64,000 bases of DNA from Octopus sinensis (taxonomy: Eukaryota): assembly GCF_006345805.1 (NCBI RefSeq), contig NC_043001.1, forward strand, positions 4,340,001 through 4,404,000, written 5' to 3'. This document shows positions 14,368-26,828 of the stretch, piece after piece (the first letter of the stretch is position 1; each line of letters begins with the position of its first letter). The notes under the pieces were generated by a model. The model searched no databases and was not told the DNA's origin. It was given only the letters and a program-made list of their open reading frames with translations. The translations under genes were made by a program, and so were the position numbers.

Positions 14368-14566
14368 TCATAAATCAATAAACGAAGAACAACCACACAA
14401 AAACAACACGAGGGCGTGGTCCATGCTAAGTATTGGCAGACGCCCAGGGAAGGAAAGAAAGTTTGTTTTTAAGTTTCGAGGGAATCTCTTCGTCAGAAAC
14501 ATGTTAAGTCTAAGAGAAAAGGAAGACGGAGTAAAAACATATCCAACAATCCACATGTGGTTACAT
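14368..14566 (-). mobile_element. ~200-bp element with a minimal hammerhead motif (Penelope pLTR-like)
   Basis: Minus 14464-14501: tgttt-CTGACGA-a-gag attcc ctc-GAAAC-tta-aaaaca. Homologous to 19561-19760 (+) and about 9565-9635 (+). Confidence 0.6.
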
Positions 14567-15341
14567 TATGAAAACGTATACACATACATAGTGTATACAC
14601 ATATATGGTGCATATAGGGAACATTCAAAGTACTTTACTTGATGACTACTATTAAGGTGTTGATTCGTCCATCTAGTGCCATGTTGTGTCTTTGAAAATG
14701 TTATTTTATTAAGCGTTGTTATTGTCTACTAAGCGCAACAGAGAGTACCTGCCCAGGTCTGGTAAGACCCCGTCTCTCAGATGCTCGATGTTTCGGAAGG
14801 TGAAAATGAAGAAAAACGAAATTAGGATGCCATCTGCTCGGCACTGCAGATGCATTTAATACATTAGTGAAAACCGTACAAACGCGATCGAGTGGAATTT
14901 ATATATTTATATTTATCACAACACCACACCAAGAGAATTTATCGAAAAACAGAAAAGAATCAAACACAAAGGACACACATGAGCTCAGCCCTCATCAACC
15001 GTCGAGCAGCATTCTCAGAATTTTAACAATTGAATGGAAATGCTGAAAAACCATTATCACGCCTACAAGTCAATTATCGGGATTTATTCATGACAGGAAT
15101 GAAATAAGTGACGAAGAATACGGGTCAACGAAATAACTAGGATTCCGCTAAGTTTTCATTTAAGCCATCGAGGCGTAACTCCTAAACATGAGACTAAAGG
15201 AAACGCAATCATGTTCTTTGCTGAAGGACAAACTCGCCACCGCAAGAGGGACAATTCGAATATACAACTTAAGTAACGTGCACTAGAATACAATTAATAT
15301 ATCATGAGACCGCACACACGTAAATAGTCGTATATGCATGA

Positions 15342-15447
<106 letters not shown>

Positions 15448-16119
15448 TATATATAGACACACATATATAGATAGATAGTAAGATGATATATATATGTACA
15501 TGCATACATCTATCTTACTATCTATCTATATGTGTGGGTGTATGTTTGTATATATATATATATATATATACGATAAGAGACATATATATAGAGGGTACGA
15601 AGAATAACTAGAACTCAGCCAAATGTTTCGTTTTTTCGATTTTTATTTCTAAATTTCAAACATATAATTTCAGTGATTGTTAGATTAATGTGGCAAAATA
15701 ATACATAAGTCATGAATAAAATATATCGCAATAATAATTACAAATGAATCAAGACTAATGCATAATTAACTCGTCGCATGATATGTTTCCACTAAGTTGT
15801 TTGGTTATTAGATAATTGGATTGATTTATATGTTGTTGTTGGTTCATGTTTTAATGCTGTTTATTTCTGTTAATTGTTCGATACGAGCAAAACAAAATAT
15901 TTGATATCAGCTCTGCAACACTTAGTACCATCATTTGTCTGTAATAAATATGAGTGCGTGTGTTCAATGAATTTCATACATATTCACATAATGCGTTTGT
16001 ATATCCACATATATACGTAAATAAATACACACACGCACACATGTATATATATATATATATAATATATATATATATATATACGTAAATATATATGTTCATA
16101 TATGAATATACATATATAT

Positions 16120-16182
<63 letters not shown>

Positions 16183-16332
16183 TATTTATATGTGTGTGGT
16201 GTATGTGTATTTATATGTAGATATAAATATAATTATATATATACATATATATATTATAATATATGTATATATATATATATGTATATATATATGTATATAT
16301 ATATATATATATATAATATATATATATATATA

Positions 16333-16576
16333 GTTGTGTCTAGGGAAAGAGGGAAGTCATTCTCTTTTTGTACCTCATTTTTTTCACACACTCACCGGTT
16401 CAGTTTCCATTCATTTACTTACTCCTTTTTACTAAAATTTTCGTTGTTTGTTAACTGTAAACATCTATTAAAAATGTTGTAAGGCGCAAAAATAAAATAT
16501 TTAAATGAGTAGAAACTGAACCGGTGACTGTGTGAAATAATTAAGCCCAAAACCTATGACTCTCCCTAGACAACAC
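16333..16576. mobile_element. Imperfect foldback element flanked by (TA)n
   Basis: Terminal IR gttgtgtctaggga/tccctagacaac. Inner IR tttcacacactcaccggttcagtttc/gaaactgaaccggtgactgtgtgaaa. Confidence 0.65.
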
Positions 16577-16634
16577 TATATGCCTCAACCACGGGACTCA
16601 CAGAAAGAAACTTTGCAAACCAAATAATACATAC

Positions 16635-17026
16635 AGGAGTGGCTGTGTGGTAAGTAGCTTGCTAACCAACCACATGGTTCCGGGTTCCGTCCGACTGCGT
16701 GGCATCTTGGGCGAGTGTCTTCTGCTATAGCCCCGGGCGGACCAATGCCTTGTGAGTGGATTTGGTAGACGGAAACTGAAAGAAGCCTGTCGTATATATG
16801 TATATATATATATGTGTGTATGTGTGTGTGTTTGACCCCTAGCATTGCTTGACAACCGATGTGGGTGTGTTTACGTCCCCGTCATCTAGCGGTTCGGCAA
16901 AAGTGACCGATGGAATAAGTACTGGACTTACAAAGAATAAGTCCAGGGATCGATTTGCTCGACTAAAGGCGGTGCTCCAGCATGGCCGCAGTCAAATGAC
17001 TGTAACAAGTAAAGGAGTAAAAAAGA

Positions 17027-17029
<3 letters not shown>
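16635..17029 (+). mobile_element. Near full-length tRNA-derived SINE, family A
   Basis: A box tggctgtgtgg, B-box-like gggttccgtcc, internal (TA)/(TG) tract, tail ggcggtgctccagcatggccgcagtcaaatgactg plus (aagagt)-like repeats. Highly similar to 32673-33090. Confidence 0.9.
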
Positions 17030-17062
<33 letters not shown>

Positions 17063-19007
17063 CAAAGTGGAGTTGTAAGGTATCGCACGAGTGGAATTAT
17101 ATATGAAAGACGGTTTGAATATGCAATTTTAAAAGACGTTTATTTACTTTACCGGTTTAACTTTTTTAGAAAATGATTGTCAAAAGTAACATGTAAAAGC
17201 TTGGTGGTGTGAGTTACTGGTTGTCACAAAATACTACAATACATATATACATTCTCTGATGACAAGAACATGTTATGAACAGTTTACAAGGGAAAATCTT
17301 GGTGATTTGACCATGTTAAGTGTACGAGTGTCTGTAGTGTACTCAGCCTCTTGCACCTTAATATCCCAAGCCGCTGTTCTGTTGTTTGTGTCACTCTGAA
17401 AATTCAACGTCGTATCAGTCAGTTACATAAGGACCACTCTATATGGTTTTAGTAGAAATAAAAGTACTTATAAAACTGCGAGTGACTCAGAAAGACTTAC
17501 TTTTGGTGGCACTCCTCCAACATTGTGAAAAAGTGTAGTTTAGTCATTATCGCTTAGATGAGAGTCATGTATTGTTCCTGTTAAGAGTGAGTTGCTTTAG
17601 TGTTTTGTTGCATTTGTAGTTTGAAATACTCCCGGATTGTGTATGTGTGATCGAATTAAAGTTACTGATCATGATAATAAATGATTTCTTTTGATTCGGC
17701 TAGAAAAATACAAATATGCAATCTTTGTTTTTATGAACTCTCTTCATGAATGGCTGTTAAGTGGACTTTGACCAATATTACAGAACGAAAGGAAAGAAAT
17801 CATGTTTGACTTCAGAGTTCGGTAATATTAAGAATATATACGACTCGTAACCGTTGTGTCATATTGGGAAACTATACAAAATCATTATTATTGCGTGTAG
17901 GGCTTCGCATCCATATTGTTCAGCCGGTGTTGCATGAAGAAATTGTCAGACCTAGCAGTAATCCTGGAGCGCCACATCGGTAGGCAAGCTGCGTTATGCG
18001 ATTGTAGCGGTGATTCGAAACCTCTACGCTAGGTAATCGTTAATGCAGTAAGAACGAACCATAGTAGTCTCAAGTGATCAGTGTTTAAAGCAACCAATCA
18101 ATTCCAAGCCATCGCATCATTCCATTATATAGAATCTTCTGTTTTTACCCCATGAAAGACAAGTGTTGGCGCCTAAATACATTTCAGATTGATGAGAGCG
18201 GCGAAATTATTCTCACATCTCTCCTCTTACCAGCCAGAATGTAGAGGTGGCAACGCCATATGTCTGTATTGCCATAAACAAACGATCAAGGGGTGCGATA
18301 AACCAGAACACAGAGATAGAGAACAGGAATCTCCGCTGCAACAAATGTAACACAACTGTTTCCAGAGAAGTTGGGCCGTTCACATTGTACTGTTTCTATA
18401 AAGTTCGACGTAATTTCAATTTGCTATTTCTCTTGTTGTTTGTAACACTTGCTGTTGTTATATATGAAAAGTCCAGCACAGCTAAAGTCTCTGCGCAATA
18501 ATAATATGTTTTGCGAAATATCGTATCAATACATATGAATACGCGCGACACTCTTAATGAATAAATATATGCTGTACTCCACAAACGTATTTAAGGTACA
18601 AGTAACGCTGTGAAAAAAGAACCTGTTGGTGAAGTTCTTGCAAATCAAACTGTTTTAGGCAATGTGAAATTGTTTTCGTTACGATAACAAACAAAATACG
18701 TATAAATGTTATTCCTGAATGATGCATTATAGTTGTGAAAAGTAGGTATTCTGGCTTTCGAGTTAGATATTTCTAACAGTTTGAAGTTTTTAGAGATTAA
18801 GGAAACGATATGTGCTTCAACTGCACAAGGAGGATCCTTCATAAAGCAAGTTAAATATAAACCTATATAGGTAAAGTTACTGACCCACAAATGTAATAAC
18901 ACTCATAGGGTGCTGGATCAAACGACAGAGAGAAGGAGTGGGAGATGCAAATACAGATACGCATATGTGCATGTAAAATATATATATGATCTAACACTCA
19001 GAGACAC

Positions 19008-19041
<34 letters not shown>

Positions 19042-19142
19042 AATATTAGGGAATAAATCCAAACTTACCGGGAAAAATCAGATTTAGGATTGAATCCAAT
19101 TTTATAGTAAAATATTAGGCAAATCATTATTAGGCAAATCAT

Positions 19143-19489
19143 TATTAGGCAAATCATACAATGAAAAACTTAAGCCAATACATATGATTAATTATTTATA
19201 TTATTAAATATATATCAAAATTATTAAAAAAAGATAATTAGTATAACACTACGATCGTTTCATGGCTGTCCAATTCTTAAAATTTCGAGTTACAGTCATT
19301 CCTCGCTAAGTTAAATATTTAAATCACCTGAAGAATGACTGTAACTCGAAATTTTAAGAATTGGACAGCCATGAAACGATCGTAGTGTTATACTAATTAT
19401 CTTTTTAATAATTTTGATATATATTTAATAATATAAATAATTAATTATATATATTGGCTTAAGTTTTTCATTGTATGATTTGCCTAATA
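19143..19489. repeat. Near-perfect ~158-bp inverted repeat with ~31-bp spacer (Penelope-type inverted pLTR)
   Basis: Arms 19143-19301 and 19333-19489 are reverse complements. A 15-bp tandem (tattaggcaaatcat)x3 sits at the left edge. The element lies between (TA)n tracts. Confidence 0.9.
19325..19387 (+). ncRNA. Type I hammerhead ribozyme motif
   Basis: cac-CTGAAGA-atgactgt...acagccat-GAAAC-gatc-GTA-gtg: stem I cac/gtg, 8-bp stem II with one mismatch, palindromic stem III acgatcgt. Confidence 0.75.
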
Positions 19490-19513
19490 GTGTTTTATCT
19501 CTAATTTAATATA

Positions 19514-19560
<47 letters not shown>

Positions 19561-19565
<5 letters not shown>

Positions 19566-19760
19566 ACCACGTGTGTATCGTTGGCGATTTTCTACCTCCG
19601 TCTTCCCTTCCTTTGGACTTTACTCATGTTCTAACGAAGAGCTTTGCTTGAAACGCTAAATTCTCTTCCTTCCTTTCCTGATCGTCTGATAATACAGCAC
19701 GTGTACCACGTCCTCGCGTTATGTTTTTTCTTGTTCTTCTTTGTTTGGATTCCCTAAACA
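19561..19760 (+). mobile_element. Copy of the ~200-bp minimal-HHR element (degenerate core)
   Basis: Reverse-complement homolog of 14368-14566; core reads ctaacga-agagctttgctt-gaaacgcta. Confidence 0.6.
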
Positions 19761-19787
19761 TATATATATATATTTATATATACATAC

Positions 19788-19838
<51 letters not shown>

Positions 19839-19860
19839 GCATATATATATATATATACAT

Positions 19861-19892
<32 letters not shown>

Positions 19893-19911
19893 GCATATTA
19901 TATATATACAT

Positions 19912-19969
<58 letters not shown>

Positions 19970-20036
19970 CATAATATTATTATATATACCATATATATAT
20001 AATAATATATATAATATATATATATATATATACATA

Positions 20037-20084
<48 letters not shown>

Positions 20085-20192
20085 ATATATATACATATAT
20101 ATATATATAACAAAACTTACTTCGAGGAGATGAAACGAAACGAAAACGAATCGAATCGACGCGAGGGCGCTCAGTCTAATGCATATATATGT

Positions 20193-20225
<33 letters not shown>

Positions 20226-20230
<5 letters not shown>

Positions 20231-20780
20231 CATAAAAGTTGAAGCACCTCAAAGGGCAATCACAAAAAAGATAGATGGCATGACAGGCCTCGACTATTGG
20301 GGTCGACTAGAAAAGCTAAAACTCTATTCTCTCCAACGTCGTCGTGAGCGCTACATCATCTGCATGATGTGGAAAATATTCCATCAGCATTGCCCAAATG
20401 ATGTTGGCATCACCTTTAGGTACATCCAAGGCTTGGGCCCCGTGCCATCCGCCCAAAACAAAAATCGCACTCTCATCTCATAACAACAATACGGCACAAT
20501 ATTTCACCTCAATTGGCCCCGCTCTCTTAACATTACACCAAAACACATTAAAACAGAAACTGACCCTATAGGGGTCAAGAAGTCTTTGACAGATTCCTTC
20601 AAGAAATCCCGGATAAACCCCCTACACCCGGATATGTCTCTTTAAACAATAACTCTCTACTTGAGTGGGCCATAGTGCCCAAATTCTGACTGAAAGACTT
20701 CACCAGGTGGTGCTATTAAGTTAGACATGGCCTGGGCCAATAATGGCCGAAACTTATCAAAGTATCAAAGTATCAAAGTA
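20226..20780 (+). mobile_element. 5'-truncated CR1/L2-group LINE 3' end inserted in (TA)n
   Basis: [41 protein letters not shown]...KKSLDRFLQEIPDKP. 3' UTR hairpin atggcctgggccaataatggccgaaac, then an (aagtatca)n tail. Confidence 0.85.
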
Positions 20781-20791
20781 TATCATATATA

Positions 20792-20838
<47 letters not shown>

Positions 20839-20841
20839 AAT

Positions 20842-20920
20842 ACCAGGTGGTGCTATAAAGTTAGACATGGCCTGGGCCAATAGTGGCCGAAACCTATCAA
20901 AGTATCAAAGTATCAAAGTA
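20842..20920 (+). mobile_element. Second copy of the same LINE's terminal ~80 bp
   Basis: accaggtggtgctataaagttagacatggcctgggccaatag...(aagtatca)n repeats 20702-20780. Confidence 0.85.
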
Positions 20921-21157
20921 TATAGATATATTATATATATATATATATATGATTATTGATATTTTCATTCCCTCACTACTTCCGCATTTCTCTCCCTTTC
21001 TCTCTCTGTTTCTCTGTCTCTATCTGTCTCTCACTCCTTTTCTTCCTGCACCTTCTTCTCCACAATTGTCTCTATATTTTCTATATTTCTATTCACAAAA
21101 GTGCTTAGCAATCTATCACAGGCGTTTCGCTAAAATGTTTACTGTATAATGCTATAC

Positions 21158-21207
<50 letters not shown>

Positions 21208-21406
21208 CTGTAGTAGTAGTTGTTGTTGTTGTTTTTGTAGTAGTAGTAGTAGTAGTAGTAGTAGTTATTGTTGTTGCTCTATATTTACGCATATATTGAA
21301 CTTGGTAAATTTCACTTCCTCCGCAAAAGTTGAAGACGCATTCCGTCTTTGTTCACATTAGTAAATTTGTTATTTCTCTATTTCCTTTGCTACTTTGCGC
21401 TATTCA

Positions 21407-21455
<49 letters not shown>

Positions 21456-21464
21456 CCTATCTAC

Positions 21465-21504
<40 letters not shown>

Positions 21505-21647
21505 ATCTATCTATCTATCTATCTATCTACCTATCTATCTGTCTATCTATCTATCTATATATCTATCTATCTATCTGCCTATCTATATATCTATCTATCG
21601 ATCTATCTATCGGTCTATTTATCTATCTATCTTTCTATCTATCTATC
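21407..21647. repeat. (TATC)n microsatellite
   Basis: Seen directly. Confidence 0.95.
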
Positions 21648-22470
21648 TGCCCGAGATGCGGGCAGAGCGACGAAACCGCTCTGCACGCAATCGTGCAGTG
21701 TCCAGCAATTTCCCACCTGTGGGCTTATGTCGAACGACTGCTGTCACGTGTGGGACGTGTCGGTTTATCAGCCGAGTCTATCGTTAATATCGTCACGCCT
21801 CCTTCCTTCAAACGGGAAGGAAGAGCTATTTTTATCATACTTGTGGCTATGGCGAAAGAATGTATCTGGTGGACGCGTCTGAAAGGATTAGAGACAAACA
21901 CTTTCCTCTCTGGTCAATCTCTCATCAACTTCTTCAAGTATCACTTGAAGAAAAAAGTGAGAGTAGAGAGGCAAGTTTTGTCTAGTGAATGTTTTAAAAA
22001 AAGATGGGTGAATGTAGCAAGGATGGCACGTATGAATGACGAAGCCACCTTGACTATGATTCTATGAACCGTAAAAATTAATACAGAGAGTTGCTTATTT
22101 GCAAAAAAAAAAAAAAGAAATATAACATGTGACTTCATTGACCGAGGTTACCGTGGTCTTTTCCGTAGGCTTTACTTTCCACGGGTAAACCTCACCTGTC
22201 CTCCCCTTTACACTTCATATTGACATTTCTGTGATAACGATCCCTATTGATCAATTTTTTTTTCCTCTCCCCCTTTTTTTAACCCCCCCTTTTTTTGTCC
22301 TCTTTCTCTCCTTTTACGATCCCTTTTGATCGACCCCCCCTTTTTTATTTTATTTTATTTTTTATTTTATTATTATTATTATTATCTTTTTTTTTTTACC
22401 TTCAAAAGAAAAGCTCTACCTTGTAATTTGTTCTATCTGTGTGCAGCCCTGTGTGGCTAATAAAGAAACA
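21648..22470 (+). mobile_element. 5'-truncated L1/Tx1-clade LINE: zf-RVT C-terminus (to 22067) and 3' UTR
   Basis: Open frame CPRCGQSDETALHAIVQC...IWWTR...stop at 22067. The 3' UTR has hairpins and a T-rich tract. AATAAA at 22459-22464 is followed by tatctctct. Confidence 0.85.
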
Positions 22471-22472
22471 TA

Positions 22473-22526
<54 letters not shown>

Positions 22527-22755
22527 AAGATAGATATAGAAATATAGATAGATAGATAGATAGATATGATAGATAAATATATAGATAGGTAGATATACAT
22601 ATGTATGGATGTATAACTCTTCATTTGTGGGTGCTTATATATATAAATGTATACATATTATATATAAATGTATATATATACATATATATGTATATATCTA
22701 CATGCATATATATATATATAATATGTATATGTATATATACATGCATACACACACA

Positions 22756-22787
<32 letters not shown>

Positions 22788-23429
22788 GTGGGAGAAGAGA
22801 AAGGGGTGAGAGAAGGAGCAAGGGAACTTGATTGTGGCGATTTATGAAAGCTGAGTATGCGTTCGTATCGAATTTATTCATAACCTAAGCGGCATGTCAG
22901 TTTAGAGAGGGTTTTAATTCTCTAAATCTTCTACAGATGACTGCTTCCACATAAACGTCAGTCAAAGCAGTTTATAAATTATTTATGGCCCGAACAGTAG
23001 CAGCTGTGGAATTTCCTGAAATTTCTCCAATTTGTATTGTTATTGTATTAATATAGAGGCATCATATTGTACCTCGTATAAACCATACAGCATCACATAC
23101 AAACAACATGATAAATCAATATGTTCAGGTTTGTAAATCACCAGGATAATGACTTTAATACGACCAGAACAGGAACAAAGTCAGAAGGAAATGAATTTGC
23201 ATGTTAAGATGTCGGTGTTACCGTGCATGTATTTCAGTAAGCATGTACACGTACATCGGTTACGATGATCCGGAACACACTTGGCTTGTCGGGTATCCGG
23301 AATATCTTATGAGTAGGTGAAATCTCTGTCTCTTATTACATGTATCTCAACCACCATGGGGTAAAACATCGTTTAATGGAGATTTCCTTCCAGCCGTTCA
23401 ACTTGGATCAATGTGCTTCTTTATTATGG

Positions 23430-23501
23430 ATTTACTCTCGCAAGTGAATTGTTGTGTGGGAGAAAAATCCTGTTTTCCATACTTATTTTTTTGTAGGCAC
23501 T
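23430..23501 (+). repeat. ~70-bp dispersed repeat, second copy at about 25933-26003
   Basis: tttactctcgcaa.tgaattgttgtgtgggag.aaatcctgtttt.cata...tttttgtaggcact occurs at both loci. Confidence 0.8.
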
Positions 23502-24900
23502 TTTGGAGAAAAGGTAAAAACAGCGTTTATAAGATGCTACGATTATTGAAAATAAGGCGTCAAGGAAGAAATTCCAAGTGGTGCTATGTTGCACCATCTC
23601 TTTTTGCAAACAACAATTCCGAATCCACTTCACGTTGTCGGTACTGTGGTGCAGTGTCAAGTAGCTACATGAGATATCATCTATCATGCAACAAGTGAAT
23701 TAATCCAAAGACAGTTGCGAGCCACTTTGGATGTTCTTCGTTCTGACTCATTATATCATGGTTATGCGAAGAAAGAATCTAGCATAATTAATTAAGCGCT
23801 GTCAGTCGATGAGGAAACGAGTCATCATGAGAATACGATCATAAATCGGGAACAATTGATAACAGTCAACAAAGAAGTTCCTTTCTGTTTATGCTAATGA
23901 AATTAATTGTTGTGTTGTCAAAGAACATAAGGATTTGATAGACTGGTAACCTCATGTTAGATAATATTGTAGTTTTAGTGCAACAGGTTATGTTGAATCC
24001 CATGTCGTACAATGCAAAAATTAGTCCGTTCAGAATTACATTTACCATGATTTGGTGTCAAAGTATGCTTGCAAGTAAGTTTTAAGAATTTAAATAAATT
24101 TGCATCATTTGTATTTCATTCTATAGATTTTACACATGATAATACCATAAAAAAATATGCGTACCTATCTTCGCACCCAGTTTCATGAGTAAAGTTGTTT
24201 GTCATTTGTAGAACGGTAACATCACTTGTAAGAACAAACGCCAAAACCACGGAACTCGAACGCAGTGAAATAGACTTCAACAGAAGTCAAACGATATCTA
24301 GTGTCATAATTTAATCGATGTTACCGAAAAATATGGGATAATACTTTTGTATATATTCTAATTATATAAACTAGAAACTTCTAAGGATCTAAATTAATGA
24401 ATTTATCAATAATTGAGGAGCTTGCGACATCTTTCAGCAATTATTGGGACCCGTTTACATGACCAAAATCTCTCTAGATTGAGTGTTTTGTACTCGAAAG
24501 TTCTCACCACGTACATTTTTCACTCACACTAGATTGAATAAACTCGGGATCAGGATTCCGTAATTAGAAGTTTAATATCTGTATCTATTTAAAAGAAATC
24601 ACTGATTGGATTTTTAATTTCTGAGAGCACACAACAAAATATGAAATCCGAGTGGGTCCCAATGACGGTGCCTTGAAAAAAAGAATTAATGTTTGCTTTA
24701 AGCAATGGAATACCAAAATAAATGACTAAGCAAATGTTGCACAAGGTGGGGGTGGGGGACGGATTTAGACGTTCGATTGTACAATATTTTTCTTTAGTTC
24801 ATGTATGTGACTGTGGAGTGCGTATTTTTCCGAGTGTGAACATAGATTGAGTATCAGTAATCATGTATAAGTATATATGTCCTTATACAAATAAAAGCTT

Positions 24901-25045
24901 TATTTACATTATTTACAATTGGCGGATATTTGTCCTCATCTTGTTTATTGTTAACACAACGTTTCGGTTGATATACCCTCCAGCCTTCATCAGGTGTCTT
25001 GGGGAAATTTCGAACCTGGGTTCACATTTCTAAGGTATTTTTCGA

Positions 25046-25142
<97 letters not shown>

Positions 25143-25143
25143 T

Positions 25144-25175
<32 letters not shown>

Positions 25176-25227
25176 ATTATTATTATAATAATTATTATTA
25201 TTATTGTTGTTGTTATTATTATTATTA

Positions 25228-25284
<57 letters not shown>

Positions 25285-25349
25285 TCATTCCTTGGAATCG
25301 AACTCGGAATCTTGGAGTTGGTAGCCCGCGCTCTTAACCACTACGCCAT
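24901..25349 (-). mobile_element. tRNA-head/(AAT)n/hammerhead element (solo Penelope pLTR, SINE-like)
   Basis: Minus strand: atggcgtagtggttaagagcgcggg...gagttcgattcc (A and B boxes, 25281-25349), long (AAT)n/(AAC)n, HHR at 24954-24997, tail tgtaaataatgtaaata. Confidence 0.85.
24954..24997 (-). ncRNA. Minimal type I hammerhead motif (Penelope-type)
   Basis: acac-CTGATGA-a-ggctg gagggtatat caacc-GAAAC-GTT-gtgt. Stem I acac/gtgt; loopless palindromic stem III aacgtt. Confidence 0.7.
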
Positions 25350-25617
25350 TATAGTACTTTCATACTCTTACATCCAGACAGGATAAGTATATAAATCTGA
25401 TTATCTGACGATAGCCGATTCCATTAGAAGAAAGATTATTACCGGATTCAGGAATCTGTATGAAATAGGAACCGGAACTTCGTAGTTAATCTGGATATCG
25501 TGTCACATGTATAAGAAAGCCAGATATAAACTCACTGTAGTTTTAGTGAAAACAATTCAAATGTTGAAATAATAAATTTCTAAATCTCTCAGAGAGATTT
25601 ATGTCGTAGCAGCACGA

Positions 25618-25868
25618 TAAAGTAATAGTATGTTATCAACTTAATGTGACAGTCCCATAAAACCATAAAAGGGAAGAATGCTTGTGTTAGTTAGCCCTAG
25701 GAAACATCATTTTGCTGGGTGGAAGTGCTTGTCTCCACTTTGAAAACATAAGGACACAGGAAACGTGTCAAGTCCAACAGGAAACGGTGTTTCCTAGGGC
25801 TAAATAACAGTACCATTCTTCCCTTTCATGGGACTGTCACATTAAGCTGACAACATGCTATCACTTTA
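25618..25868. mobile_element. MITE-like foldback with long imperfect TIRs
   Basis: taaagtaatagtatgttatcaacttaatgtgacagtcccat...agccctaggaaaca pairs with tgtttcctagggct...atgggactgtcacattaagctgacaacatgctatcacttta. Confidence 0.75.
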
Positions 25869-26828
25869 ATTCAAAGGTTGTTCTTTAGTTCGTCACTGGA
25901 AAGCCTAAAGCGGTAATTATTTGGGAGACGTGATTTTACTCTCGCAATTGAATTGTTGTGTGGGAGGAAATCCTGTTTTGCATATTTACTTTTTGTAGGC
26001 ACTAATTCCAGATCCGGGCCGACTTGTTTCATTCAATTATCTGGATAGTAACATAAAAAAAAATACAAAAATATAAGTTTATATGAAAATGTGACTCGAC
26101 AAAGCTGCCATAAGCTGTTATCGTCCAAAGGGTCCATCACCCGATTCCAGTTCGTAGATATTTATAATGTCAATGGGGATTTATGCATGAGAATGTACTT
26201 GACGATCAACCGGATGTATGGAATTACATTAGCATTTGATCACGTGTATCACAAACAGTAAATCATAGAAAAAACGATAGGATTAGTTGCCTCGGCGTTA
26301 CCATTAAGAGAGAGGGCCGCAGATGCTCGAATATATGATATATAGAAGATTAAAGAAACGAACAATAATCTCTGGCGTGGGAATGAGGAGAAATGGTGTA
26401 GAAGGTGTGGTAAGGTAATGAAGACCATGTGGCGGTTTGCGTAGAGGGTCTTGTAGATGAATACTTTAACAGGACTAAGGTTATTACTATTTGTGAAAAA
26501 GGGTAGGGATTCATTCTTAAGCGTTTCCCAAAGGATTAATAAATCACTCATAATTTATTGAAATGAAGAATATTTTGTTCTTTGTGGGGATCATTGTTTC
26601 AGGAAGAAGTACCCAAAAACAAACACTCGAAACAACACACTTACCCCTCCCTCACAATACACTCATGCGCATCCATACGCACACACAGGCGCACCCTGAC
26701 ATTTCAAATGGTTTACTTCATGTCTATAGTTTAGCGCTTTTTCAATGCTTTCTCTGCTAATATTTTACAATGTCAGACACACACAATCACAAAATCCACG
26801 CCCCCCCCCACACACACATATGCATATA

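Noticed and set aside
21330-22067. 245-aa ORF as a host gene
   Set aside because: The N-terminal half is (TATC)n; the rest is a LINE ORF2 C-terminus.
25281-25349. Functional tRNA gene
   Set aside because: No complete acceptor stem, copies diverge in the anticodon loop, and it is embedded in a repeat.
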